NCBI GenBank assembly: GCA_965213685.1
Contig: CBDBZY010000031.1
Span: forward strand, 160,001-224,000
Source: a bacterium
GTDB lineage: Bacteria; UBA8248
Direction: 5' to 3'
Length of the DNA stretch: 64,000 nt
This document shows, piece by piece, positions 11,725-22,227 of the stretch; position 1 is the first letter of the stretch, and the number at the start of each line of letters is the position of its first letter. A program made the translations under genes and the position numbers. Under the pieces are notes generated by a model. The model ran no database searches. It was given only the letters and a program-made list of their open reading frames with translations, and was not told the DNA's origin.

Positions 11725-12636
11725 ATGACCGCACAAACCGAGGAACGCATTCCGGCCTCCGGGGACGCGGACGACCTGCTGAGTCCGGCAGAGGCGCTCC
11801 AGCTCCGGATCAAGAGCCACAGGGGGCTTTTGATCGGCTTCGGCGTCATCCTCTTCATGGCGCTGCTCGCGGTTCTGGCGCCGTGGATCACCGCGCACGG
11901 GCCCTATGAGCAGACGCTGGCGAACCGGCTTCTCCCGCCCGCGTGGGAGGCGGGCGGAAGGTGGGAGTACCTGCTGGGCACGGACCATCTGGGGCGGGAT
12001 TACCTGAGCAGGCTCCTGTATGGATCCCGCATATCGCTGGCCATCGGCATGGGGGCCGCCACCATTGGCTGCCTGATCGGGGTGCCGATGGGGATTTGCG
12101 CGGGCTACTTTGGCGGCCGCGTGGATCACTTCATCAATTTCATCCTGACGTGCAAGCTCGCCATGCCCGGGCTCGTGCTCACGATGTCCCTGGTTTTTCT
12201 GATCGGCCCCTCGGTTTTCGTGGTGATGGGCATCATCGGCGTGCTCCACTGGTCCTATTATCTGGTGGTCACCAGGGCCGCCACGATGCAGATTCGCCAG
12301 ATAGACTACATCGCGGCGGCCCGCTCCATCGGCAGCAGCAGGAAGCAGCTCGTCTTCTATGAAATCCTTCCCAATCTCCTGAACCAGATCATCGTCATCT
12401 TCACGTTTGAGGTAGGCATCGCCATCCTCTCCGAGGCGGCGCTGTCGTTCCTCGGCGTAGGCATCCAGGCGCCGACCCCCTCCTGGGGGCTGATGATCGC
12501 CGAGGGGAGAAGCGCCATGTTCTACCGGCCCTGGCTCGTCATACTGCCCGGCGTCTTCTTGTTCACCCTGGTCATCGGCACCAACCTCATGGGGGACGGC
12601 ATCCGGGACGTCACCGCTCCGGAGAACAGGAACTAG
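11725..12636 (+). CDS. Opp/Dpp ABC permease (C type)
   Basis: LGTDHLGRD, EAALSFLGVG, PSWGLMI, NLMGDGIRD. Confidence 0.93.
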   Translation: MTAQTEERIPASGDADDLLSPAEALQLRIKSHRGLLIGFGVILFMALLAVLAPWITAHGPYEQTLANRLLPPAWEAGGRWEYLLGTDHLGRDYLSRLLYGSRISLAIGMGAATIGCLIGVPMGICAGYFGGRVDHFINFILTCKLAMPGLVLTMSLVFLIGPSVFVVMGIIGVLHWSYYLVVTRAATMQIRQIDYIAAARSIGSSRKQLVFYEILPNLLNQIIVIFTFEVGIAILSEAALSFLGVGIQAPTPSWGLMIAEGRSAMFYRPWLVILPGVFLFTLVIGTNLMGDGIRDVTAPENRN

Positions 12637-12639
12637 GCG

Positions 12640-14638
12640 ATGCGCGCAGACTCCCCCTTCTTTCAGGTCTCCAACCTCAGCGTGGACATCCCGCTCGGGG
12701 CGGGGGACCTCCATGCGGTGCGGAACGTGGATTTCTCCCTGCGCAAGGGGGAGGTGCTCGGAATCGTGGGCGAATCCGGCTCGGGAAAATCGATGACCGC
12801 CCTGGCCGTCATGGGTTTGCTGCCCCGACACGCCCGACGGACGGCGGACGTGATGCGCCTGAATGAAAGCAATCTGCTGGAAATGTCCGACCAGGAGATG
12901 GCGCAGCGGATTCGCGGCAACCGCATCGCCATGATTTTCCAGGAGCCGATGACCTCGCTCAATCCCGTCTACACCATCGGCCGGCAACTCTCGGAAACCA
13001 TCATCCTCCCACCAGCGAACGCCTAGAAAACAGGCGGAGGAGCGCGCCGTCCACCTGCTGGAGAAAGTGGGGATTCCGGACGCAAAAAATCGATTGCGCC
13101 AATATCCGCATCAGCTCTCCGGCGGCCAAAGGCAGCGCGTGATGATCGCCATGTCGCTGATGAACGAACCGGAACTCATCATAGCGGACGAGCCCACCAC
13201 GGCACTCGACGTGACGATTCAGGCCCAGATACTCCTGCTCCTCGTGGAGCTGCAAAAGGAGATGGGCACCTCCATGATCCTCATCACCCACGATCTGGGC
13301 ATCATCGCGAGGACGGCGAACCAGGTCGCCGTGATGTATGGGGGAGAAATCGTGGAGCGGGGAATGACGAAGCCCGTTTTCGAGAATCCGAAACACCCCT
13401 ATACGAGAGGGCTGCTCTCCTGCATCCCGGAATCGGGCCATTCGCGCACCGGCCGAAGGCTGGGCTCCATCCCCGGCGTGGTGCCCTCCATGGTGGGCGA
13501 CGTCGCGGGCTGCGCATTCGCCAGCCGCTGCGGACTCGTGCGCCCCGAGTGCCGGACATCCCCTCCCCCGCTGCGCATTCTGGGGGACGACAGAAACTAT
13601 CGCTGCGTGCTGTCGGAACGAGACCTCCCCGACGAGCGGGAACGAAGCGGCCGGGAAGAAACGGCGGCGACCGGCCGCGCGCAAAGCACCCCCAGCCTCC
13701 TGCGCGTGGAAGACGTGCGCTGCGCTTTTCAAATCAAGCCGAACGTCTTCTCCGCCACCAGGCAGTTGCGCGCGGTGGACGGCGTCTCCCTGGACATCCG
13801 GAAAGGAGAGGTGCTCGCCCTCGTGGGCGAGTCCGGGTGCGGCAAGACGACCCTGGCCAAGATACTGCTCGCCCTGCAGCCGGCGAATGCGGGAGAGGTG
13901 TTTCTGGACGGCGACAAGATGGGGGCGCTAAAAGGCAGGGAGCGGGCCCGGCGGATACAGCCCGTTTTCCAGGACCCGTATTCCTCCCTGAACCCGCGCA
14001 AGACGATCGGACAGATCATTCGCAGGCCCCTGGACGTCCACCAGGTGGGCACGACCCGCGAAAGACGCGAAGAGTTGGAGCGCATGATGGCGCTCGTCGG
14101 CCTGCCCAGGCGCCTGACGCACCGATACCCCAGCCAGGTTTCCGGCGGACAGAGGCAGCGCGTCGCCATCGCGCGCGCCATCATCATGAAGCCCGACATC
14201 CTGATTTGCGACGAACCCACCTCCGCACTGGACGTCTCCGTTCAATCCCAGATACTGAACCTTCTCCTGGACCTGCAGGAGGAGCTGGGCCTTACCTACC
14301 TCCTCATCACGCACGACCTGTCCGTCGTGGAATACATGGCCACGCGGGTGGCGGTGATGTATCTGGGCGAGATTGTCGAGATGGGAAAAACCAGCCGCAT
14401 CTTTCGGGCACCGCAACATCCATACACAAAAGCCCTGCTGAAATCCGTCCTCTCGCTCAACACGGAGGCGGGCATCCCCGACAACCGGATGGGGCACAGC
14501 TACCCGAATCCCCTGGCGGTTCCCCCCGGGTGCCGCTTCCACCCGAGATGCCCCGAAGCCATGCCCCACTGCTCGAAACGGGCGCCGACGCTGCGGCACA
14601 ACGGCTCCGATTCCGTTCGCTGCCTGCTGTATGAATGA
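12640..14638 (+). CDS. Fused double ABC ATPase (DppD/F-like), +1 frameshift at C-run 13008-13010
   Basis: GESGSGKS and GESGCGKT Walker A, two SGGQRQR signatures; removing one C joins ORFs 12640-13026 and 13067-14638. Confidence 0.88.
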
Positions 14639-14687
14639 GTCGGGAGGCGGTGCCTGCGCAACGCGCGGGAGGCCCGCCCCTCCCCCT

Positions 14688-15608
14688 CTAGGGCGTGCCG
14701 ATGAGCTCCATGGCGCGCGCGGCCATGCCGGAGTTGCTGTGCCCCACGTCGGGGACGATCTCCAGCGCCCATCGATACGGGTACCCCTTTCGCCTGGCGT
14801 ACGCCTTTGCGCGGGCGTAAAAATTCCTGCCCCGCGCCAGGCGGTGCGCTCCCTGGGCGACGGCCTCATCCTCCAGGTTGAGCGACGGGTGGCGGGGGTC
14901 GTCGTCTTCCGCGCCCAGCAATATCGTGAGGCGCGCCGCGAGAGATTCCCGCAAACTCGCCGCGCTCAAACCGATGTTGGATATCCCGTAGGGAATCTCC
15001 ACGCCCTCATCCAGCATGGTGTACCAGCCCGGGTTCGCCGCAACGGCCCGCCGGATGCGGGCGCGGGGGTGGAAAAGGACGAGCCGATGCACGAACTGCC
15101 CGCCGGCCGAGTGCCCGTAAATGTCATACCGCGCCGCTTTCAGTCCGTTGGCGGTGCGAACAAAATCGAACAGCTTCTCGAGAATCGTGAACGTCCACTC
15201 CGCCCGGGGCTTGCGCTTGCCGTTCGGGCGATACACGTTGCCCAAATGATACCGCCACGCGCCTGGAAAGTGCTCGTCCGAGAATTCGGGAACCAGCAAA
15301 ACAAACCCGTTGACGTTGGCGAAAGGACGCCACTCATCCCTGTATTGCTCTGCGTCGCGGCCGTTCCCGTGCATGACGAACACCACGGGGGCGGATTTTT
15401 CCACGCCCTCGGGCCAGTGGTACCAGACCTCGACGGGCAAGCCGGGGTTGCTCCCCCCCTCTTCAAACACAAAGCTGCCCGTGCCCATCTTCATAGCAGG
15501 CTTCCCGCTCTCAGGCTCCGCCTTCGACACGGCGCCTCCCGCCAGAAAGGCGGACATCAAAACGATGACGAATCGACGAGAGAACCCGCCCTTCTCCCCG
15601 GCGTCCAT
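14688..15608 (-). CDS. Exported alpha/beta hydrolase
   Basis: VMHGNGR, GHSAGG nucleophile elbow, VGHS; hydrophobic N-terminus. Confidence 0.8.
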   Translation of the reverse strand: MDAGEKGGFSRRFVIVLMSAFLAGGAVSKAEPESGKPAMKMGTGSFVFEEGGSNPGLPVEVWYHWPEGVEKSAPVVFVMHGNGRDAEQYRDEWRPFANVNGFVLLVPEFSDEHFPGAWRYHLGNVYRPNGKRKPRAEWTFTILEKLFDFVRTANGLKAARYDIYGHSAGGQFVHRLVLFHPRARIRRAVAANPGWYTMLDEGVEIPYGISNIGLSAASLRESLAARLTILLGAEDDDPRHPSLNLEDEAVAQGAHRLARGRNFYARAKAYARRKGYPYRWALEIVPDVGHSNSGMAARAMELIGTP

Positions 15609-15758
15609 GCCCCACCCTTTCGCGCGCGCAAGCCATCCCCGGCCTCATCCCGGAGATGATGGTAGCACTCCCGTTCCCCATCGACCACGAGTGCCGGCGA
15701 CGTTCCGGCGGACCGCAACGAAGCGGCGGTCGGCGACCCCCATCGCCCCCCGCGGAGG

Positions 15759-15788
15759 TTCACTTCCTGCGCAAGACCGCCGTATAAT
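15759..15788 (+). promoter_or_regulatory. Putative sigma70 promoter of the DUF442-like gene
   Basis: TTCACT-18 bp-TATAAT. Confidence 0.5.
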
Positions 15789-15845
15789 GCGCCCGCACGC
15801 CCCGGGGAGGAATGGAGACATCCGCTCATTTTCGATGGAGTTCGC

Positions 15846-16298
15846 ATGGACTATTTCGACGCTTCCCAAGACATCTCCTTCGGCTCGCAGCCCACGCTGG
15901 ACGACCTCAAGGCGCTCGCCGCCAGAGGCGTCAAAACCATCATCAACACCCGTTTTCCGGACGAGGAGCAGGGCGCGCTTCCGCCGGCGCGCGCCAAGGC
16001 CGAGGCCGAGGCGCTGGGGATGGCATACCTCAACATCCCCGTCTCGCCCGTCGCGTTCACCGACGACTCCCTCGCCGAGGTGAGCCGGGCGCTGCGCGAG
16101 GCGAGGTCCGACGGCCCCGCCTTCGTGCACTGAAAGGCGACGGGGCGAGCCGGGATTTGCTCGCTACATCACCTGGCGGAGGAGAATGATTGGACGGGCG
16201 ATGAGATGGAAAGGGCGGCGGACGCCACCGGCTACGACTGGCGCGAGGCGAGGCTCGCGGCCAAGTTCCGGGAATTTTTCGACAGACGGGGGCGATGA
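15846..16298 (+). CDS. DUF442/TIGR01244-like phosphatase-fold sulfurtransferase, Sec at TGA 16131-16133, 150 aa
   Basis: SQP..DLKALAARGVKTIINTRFPDE, GMAYLNIPV, GPAFVH-U-KATGRA; frame stays open 54 codons past the TGA; hairpin 16144-16165. Confidence 0.8.
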
Positions 16299-16457
16299 GC
16301 GCCCCGTCGGCCGGGTGCGGGAGGGCAGGGGGGGGTCTTGTGCACGTCGTTCCCCACCGGGAGCGCATCCCCGCCGGTCTCATTCCTCGCCCAGAGGCGT
16401 CCCGCGCGCGCTTGGGGGCCGCTTCCGTCAAACTCCCCCCCCTCCTTTGGAGGAACC

Positions 16458-16874
16458 CTAGAGGAACTCGTGCACCTCGGCGAACATCCCCTTCACGATT
16501 CCCCCGCTCAAGTGACCTACCAGGACTTCCTCCGGCCGATACGGCCCCCCGCTCAGCGCCAGGTGGAGGTGGATATACGGCTGGGGGCCATCCCAGTTTT
16601 CGTCCCCCCGAACGGCAGGGGGCTTCTCCGGCCAGCTGATGTTGCCCACGGCGAGGAGCTCGCGCCAGTCGTCGAAGCGTCGCCGGGCGGAGGGGCCGAT
16701 GATCTCCCGGAAGCCGGTGCGGACGTCGGATTCCTTCAGGGCGCCGAACACGATGAGCGAGGCGCTTCGTATGTTCTCCTCCTTCACGAACCGGTGGAAC
16801 TCCCCGAAAAAATCATCGTCCTCATCAAATTCCAGATGAAAGACGCGGCCCAGGCGCTTCTGCTCCGCTCGCAT
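16458..16874 (-). CDS. PPC domain / DUF296 family protein
   Basis: ELLAVGNI, PYIHLHLALS, GHL. Confidence 0.8.
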   Translation of the reverse strand: MRAEQKRLGRVFHLEFDEDDDFFGEFHRFVKEENIRSASLIVFGALKESDVRTGFREIIGPSARRRFDDWRELLAVGNISWPEKPPAVRGDENWDGPQPYIHLHLALSGGPYRPEEVLVGHLSGGIVKGMFAEVHEFL

Positions 16875-17745
16875 GTCCCATTCCCCCCCTCACCTCCGCG
16901 TAGAGGTTCTCCAGACCCCGCCGAAAGGTCCTTCTCCTGTGCTCCACCCAGGACGCGCCCCGCGACCGGTCGGACCAGAAAAATTTCTCGAACGCGGCGT
17001 CCGCGACGGCCTCCTCGCGGGCCATTCCCCTCCCCAGCAAGCTCTCCATGATCTCCCACATCTCCACGAAGTCGTTCCTGAGCCTCCGGACGCCCTCCAT
17101 TCCGCATATTTCTCCGTGCCCGGGAACGACATATTCCACCGACAGCCCCTCGATCCACTCGAGTGCCCCGATCCATTGCCGAAACCGGGCCTCCCGCATC
17201 CCCGGCCCCGGCTCGTTGATAACCACGTCGCCCGTGAAGATGACGCCTTCCTCGGGCACGTACACCGAACTGCAGGCGGGCGTGTGGCCCCCCAGACAAA
17301 AAACCTCGAACGTCAGGGGGTGGAGGTGAAGCGTCATCTCCTTTTCAAAGCACACCTGCGGCAGGGGGAGGACGGCCTCCGCGATTTCGTTCGCCTCCTC
17401 GCGTTCGCCGATGTCGTTGAGGGTGTTGACGAAGGTTTCGCGTCCCGCGCGGGAGTTCGCCTCGGCGGCGGCGAGCTCCTCGAAAACACGCCGGGGGGCG
17501 ATGGAAACCACCCCCGCATCCTCAATGAACGCCGCTCCGATGACGTGGTCGCCGTGATAGTCCGTCGCGATGCGGTATCGAACGCCTTTCGGGCTGAGGG
17601 TTCGAAGCTCCCCCTGCCAGTGGCGCGAATCGGAGGGCCGCACGGGGCAATCCACGAGAACCACGCCGTCGGCGGTAATCCCCGCTCCCACATTCGCCCA
17701 CAGATACTCCGTCTCCGCCACCAGGTGCTCGCTCAGCCGCCGCAT
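16825..17745 (-). CDS. MBL-fold metallo-hydrolase (cyclase-like)
   Basis: TDYHGDH, GGHTP, FTGDVV, VPGHG. Confidence 0.85.
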   Translation of the reverse strand: MRRLSEHLVAETEYLWANVGAGITADGVVLVDCPVRPSDSRHWQGELRTLSPKGVRYRIATDYHGDHVIGAAFIEDAGVVSIAPRRVFEELAAAEANSRAGRETFVNTLNDIGEREEANEIAEAVLPLPQVCFEKEMTLHLHPLTFEVFCLGGHTPACSSVYVPEEGVIFTGDVVINEPGPGMREARFRQWIGALEWIEGLSVEYVVPGHGEICGMEGVRRLRNDFVEMWEIMESLLGRGMAREEAVADAAFEKFFWSDRSRGASWVEHRRRTFRRGLENLYAEVRGGMGHASGAEAPGPRLSSGI

Positions 17746-17862
17746 GACGCACATCCCGTCCATTCAGGCGCAAATCGGACGATCTTCATGGACAATGTGG
17801 ACGCACCGGGCGGGAGAGACGCGCGGGACGCGGCGCCTCCCGCGCCCGGGCCTCCTCCATCC

Positions 17863-18852
17863 CTATTGTCTGATTTTCACGCCCGCGTTCTTGTAAATGT
17901 TCTTGTTGCTGTCGTACTCCGCCTGCAACTGCTTCTGGAGCTCCTCCCCGACGACCGGCTGCGCGCTGACGCCCATCTTCCTGAGAAGACGCTTGAAGGT
18001 CTTGTCCTTGGCCATCTTCAGGAGGGCCTTCCGCAGAATGTCGATTCGATCCGCGGGCGTTCCCGCGGGCGCCATGACGATTCGCTTGGAGGAAAGGAGG
18101 AGGTCCACCCCCTGCTCCCTGAAGGTCGGCACGTCCGGGAAGAGCGGGAACCGCTTGGCGGCGGCGACGCCGAGGATGCGGATTTTGCCGGACTTGTAGT
18201 TGGAGAGAACGCCCCCCGTAGCCGGGTTGGCTCCCGCCGTGTCCACATGGCCGCCCAGCATGGCGAGCATGGCGGGGCCGCCCCCCCGGAAGGGCACGTG
18301 GTTCAGCGTCACCTTCATGTCATAGGCGATCTTCATGAGCATGGTGTGGCTGAGGCCATACGTTCCCGTGGAGCCGTGCATGACCTTTCCCTTGCTCTTT
18401 CGGGCCGCGGCGATGTAGTCCTTGAAGTTCTTCCACGGCTTGCTCCCCAGCGTGACCAGCAGGTAGGGAAGTTCGTTGATCTGGAACACGGGCACGAAAT
18501 CATTGAAGGGGTCGAACCCCATGTCCTTCACGTGGGGGGACATGTAAAGATGGCTGTTCGCCCCCATGGCGAGGGTGTAGCCGTCGGGCTTGGCCCGCTT
18601 GAGCGCTCCCATCCCTATCTTTCCGCCGCCGCCCGGCATGAGCTGCACGAACGCCGGCTGGCCAATGTACTGGTGCAGGACGCTGGCCACGGCGCGCGCG
18701 TGGAGGTCGTGCGACCCGCCGGCACCCAGCGGCACAATGATCTTGATGGGTTTGGAGGGATACTTCTCCGCGCTGGCCAGCGGCGCGGAGAAGGCGAGAA
18801 GGGCGAGCGACAGAACTGCCGCCCAGGCGATTTTCCAGGATTTGCGCATCAT
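17863..18852 (-). CDS. Tripartite tricarboxylate transporter substrate-binding protein (TctC/Bug)
   Basis: YPSKPIKIIVP.GAGG, PDGYTL, VPFRGGG, VPTFREQG. Confidence 0.92.
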   Translation of the reverse strand: MMRKSWKIAWAAVLSLALLAFSAPLASAEKYPSKPIKIIVPLGAGGSHDLHARAVASVLHQYIGQPAFVQLMPGGGGKIGMGALKRAKPDGYTLAMGANSHLYMSPHVKDMGFDPFNDFVPVFQINELPYLLVTLGSKPWKNFKDYIAAARKSKGKVMHGSTGTYGLSHTMLMKIAYDMKVTLNHVPFRGGGPAMLAMLGGHVDTAGANPATGGVLSNYKSGKIRILGVAAAKRFPLFPDVPTFREQGVDLLLSSKRIVMAPAGTPADRIDILRKALLKMAKDKTFKRLLRKMGVSAQPVVGEELQKQLQAEYDSNKNIYKNAGVKIRQ

Positions 18853-20387
18853 CTTCGGTCCTCCTTTGGGGGGTCTGAATGGGCTCCCGTTCGCGGCCCC
18901 AGCGTCGACGCCCAGGGACGCCGCCAGATGCTCAACGCCAGCATCAACACCGTCATGCCTATGAAGAAAGCCGCGATGGGGCGGGTGATGAAAACGGAAT
19001 AATCGCCCCGCGAGATGATGAGCGCCTGCTGCAGGGCCTCCTCCGCCCGGGGCGCGAGGATGAACGCGATGACGAGCGGGGCCATGGGAAATTTCAGTTT
19101 CCGGAGCCCGTAGCCGAACAGCCCGGCGATGAGCGCCAGAACGAGGTCTCCCAGATTGCTGTGATAGACATACGCCCCCACGAGGCAGGAGAGAATGATG
19201 CCCGGCACCAGTATCGACTGCCGGATGGAGACGATCTTGGCGAACATGCCCGTGAGAAGCCAGCCCTGGATCAGCATGATGGGGTTTCCCAGCATCAGCA
19301 GGGTGAAGATGGCGTACATGGTGGGGGCGTGTTCCTGGAAGAGGCTCGGCCCCGGGCGCAGCCCCTGGGCGATGAACGCGCCCATGAGAATCGCCGCGCT
19401 CGGATCGCCCGGAATCCCGAACGTGAGGGTGGGTATCAGGTCCGCCCCCGCGACCGCGCTGTTGGCCGCCTCGGACGCCGCGACGCCCTCGTAGCTGCCG
19501 TGGCCGAACTCCTCTGGCCGCTTCGAGGCGCGCTTCGCCGCCGCATAGCTGACGAAGGTGGCGATGGCCGCCCCCGTCCCCGGAATCGCGCCGACGAAGG
19601 TGCCTATCATGGAGGAGCGCAGGATGGTTCGGGCGGAATTTCGCACTTCGCCGATGCGCAGCTTTCTGCCGCCGCGCAGGCGCAGCGTCTCGGGCGGGCG
19701 CGCCAGGTCCGCCGCCCGCTTCTCGGCCTGGATGAACACCTCGCTGACGGCGAACAACCCGATGAGCAGGGGCACCACCCCCACCCCCTCCGCCAGGCCG
19801 GGAAGGCCGAACGTGAAGCGCTCTCCCCCCGAGACAATGTCCGTGCCCACCATGCCGAGCTGGAGTCCTATGAGGGCGGACAGCACCCCCTTCACCACGG
19901 AGGCGCCCGTCACGCTGGAGATGATGGCCATCCCCATCAGGAGGAGGCCGAAAAACTCGGCCGGCCCAAACAGGAGCGCCACCGCGGCCAGCGGGAGCGC
20001 CGCCAGAATCAAGACGAGGTCGCTGAACGTGTCCCCGATGGTGGAGGAGTACAGCGCCATCTGAATGGCGCTCCTCGCCTCGCCCTTTTGCGCGAGCGGA
20101 AATCCGTCCATGCAGGTCGCCGCGGCGGGCGCCGTCCCGGGCGTGTTGACCAGGATGGCGGGGATGGAGCCCCCGAAGAGCGTCCCCTTATGGATACCCA
20201 ACAAAAAGGGGATGCCCAGAACGGGGGGCATGAAAAAGGAGAAGGGAACCAGAATCGCCGTCGCCATGACGCTGGTGAGTCCCGGAATCGCGCCCACCGT
20301 GATGCCCACGAAGACGCCCACCGCGATCATGGCCAGGGCCTGCCAGGTAAGCGCCATCGTCACTCCCTGGAGTATCTGTTCGAACAT
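18849..20387 (-). CDS. tctA: Tripartite tricarboxylate transporter permease TctA
   Basis: GAIPGL, GGSIPAILVNTPG, LTFGIPG. Confidence 0.92.
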   Translation of the reverse strand: MFEQILQGVTMALTWQALAMIAVGVFVGITVGAIPGLTSVMATAILVPFSFFMPPVLGIPFLLGIHKGTLFGGSIPAILVNTPGTAPAAATCMDGFPLAQKGEARSAIQMALYSSTIGDTFSDLVLILAALPLAAVALLFGPAEFFGLLLMGMAIISSVTGASVVKGVLSALIGLQLGMVGTDIVSGGERFTFGLPGLAEGVGVVPLLIGLFAVSEVFIQAEKRAADLARPPETLRLRGGRKLRIGEVRNSARTILRSSMIGTFVGAIPGTGAAIATFVSYAAAKRASKRPEEFGHGSYEGVAASEAANSAVAGADLIPTLTFGIPGDPSAAILMGAFIAQGLRPGPSLFQEHAPTMYAIFTLLMLGNPIMLIQGWLLTGMFAKIVSIRQSILVPGIILSCLVGAYVYHSNLGDLVLALIAGLFGYGLRKLKFPMAPLVIAFILAPRAEEALQQALIISRGDYSVFITRPIAAFFIGMTVLMLALSIWRRPWASTLGPRTGAHSDPPKEDRR

Positions 20388-20395
20388 GCGGACCC

Positions 20396-20879
20396 CTAGT
20401 CAAACAGGCTGCCCGAGGGCAGCGCCAGCTGAAAGCTGAACCAGAAGAAATAGTTCACCCCGATGGGGAACAAAACGGCGATGGGCACGACGTATCGCCA
20501 GTCGCGGGTGCCCATGAACATCATCAAGGCGGCGAGGAAAACGGGAGAGCTCAGCAGGAAGCCAAAAAAAAAAATACGCCAAGGACTGGACGTAGGCGTA
20601 GCAGGCCACAAAGACCACGCCCACCTGCAGGAGCGCCCTCTTGGTGGCTATTTGCCGGCCGCCCGCCTCCTTCCTCCTGAGCGCGCCGAACAGGAGCATG
20701 AGGCTCACCAGCGCGAAGAGGACGACGGAGGAGGTGGGAAAAAAGGTGGGCAGGAAGACGGCGTTCGAGACATCCTCCGGCGGAATGGAGTATTGAATCT
20801 GCGTGGGGATGATGTAGAAAAAGCCGACGGCGCTGTAGATGAGAAAAACGACCGCCGTGTAGACATCCGCCTTTCGCAC
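20396..20879 (-). CDS. tctB: TctB small permease, frameshift at A11 tract 20564-20574
   Basis: Hydrophobic segments, PTFFP, GFLLSS, LP.G C-terminus across two frames; GTG start after GGAAGGAG. Confidence 0.75.
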
Positions 20880-21167
20880 GCCCGGCTCCTTCCGCTGACA
20901 TGGAGCGCGCACCGCCGGCATTCATGACGCCCGACGATGCCGTGATTCCGGAACTCAACCGCTCGCTGCTTCACTTTTGGCGCAGTGGACGCAGTCTAGC
21001 AGAAATGGCCGCGCGCGTCACCACGCCGCGCGCCCGGAGGCGGGATTTTCACTCATAAGCACCCCCTCCCGTTCCTTCCCGCCTGCGCGAAATGTGGGAT
21101 AATCTGCGAAAATGAAGTTTTCAGATGCGCAAGCAGACCTCGCCAGAGAACAAAAGGAGCGGATTTC

Positions 21168-21823
21168 ATGTCCAGAGTCCCCGCTGCTCAGCCAGGAGGG
21201 TGCGGAGGGCGAGATCGCGCGCACCTTCGACATCCTGGGGAACTTTCAGCCGCACCAGGTACACTCCACCCGCGCGACGGCCCACTCCCCGTTTCTCGCC
21301 CGAATCTTCTACCCTCTCGTTCAGACCCTGATGCGCGAGGGGCTGGGAACCGTCCTCTCCTCGAAGGTCAAGGAGATCGCCGTCATCAAGACCAGCCAGC
21401 TCAACGGGTGCGACTACTGACTGGCCCACAACACCGCTCTCGGCCGGGTGCTGGGAATCACCGGCGCGCACGTCGCCGCCATCGGGTCGGACGACTACAT
21501 GGATTCGCCCCTCCTCACGCCCAGGGAGAAGGCGGCCGTTCTCTGGGCCGAACACGTGACGAGGAACACCGCAAAGTTTCGGGACGACGTGGCGGAGGAG
21601 GTGCAGGCGCACTTCCCGGACGCGGAGTTCGTCGAACTCACCTTCGTCATCAGCTACTTCAACATGCGCAACCGCTACCACGACTCCCTGCGGCTGCCGA
21701 ACGACGAGGAGAGCGTCGTCGAGGGACGTCGGACGGCTTCGGCCGGACCCGGAGAAACTGAAAGCGTTTCTGCAGGACATTCTAGACGCATGGCCGGACG
21801 CCTTCCCGGAACCCAACCCGTGA
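21168..21823 (+). CDS. AhpD/carboxymuconolactone decarboxylase family selenoprotein (CxxU, TGA 21418-21420), two +1 frameshifts
   Basis: KEIAVIKTSQLNGCDY-U-LAH; LTPREKAAVLWAEHVT; AAGGAG RBS; extra C at 21179-82 and extra G at 21723-25. Confidence 0.82.
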
Positions 21824-21852
21824 GCGCGCCCCCGCGCCCGGCCGCTGGGACC

Positions 21853-21872
21853 AGAGAACCCGTGCGTCGCCC
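21853..21872. repeat. Left 20-bp direct repeat flanking the helicase gene
   Basis: AGAGAACCCGTGCGTCGCCC, 19/20 identical to 25161-25180. Confidence 0.75.
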
Positions 21873-22227
21873 AACGGGCGCAGCCGGCGTCGGCGCGCCA
21901 GGGGCGGGGGACGCCGCGCAGGTCGCAAGGGGGTCGGATCGGGAGGCGCGCGGCACATCACGCTTGCGGGCGACGAACGCAGGAGCGCACCGGAGAGGAA
22001 TCGGGATGCGTCTCGTCGGTTGCCCGTTCCCGCCGCTCCGGCTATCGTCGGACTGGCCGTAGAAATATCCTCCGGGCGATCATGCGGGAGAGCGACTCTG
22101 CGCCCCCCGCGCGGTGCGCCGGAGTCGGGCGCTTCCACCCCGGCCCCCGGGGTGCGACAAATGCGTGATGCGGTCGCTCGGAGACTGCCCCGATGATTTT
22201 TCGCCCCATTCGCTGAACTGCGCCGCC

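Noticed and set aside
22193-22216. Fourth Sec codon (ATG...TGA in frame with the helicase)
   Set aside because: No Cys-type motif or redox context; a different start or another frameshift is more likely.
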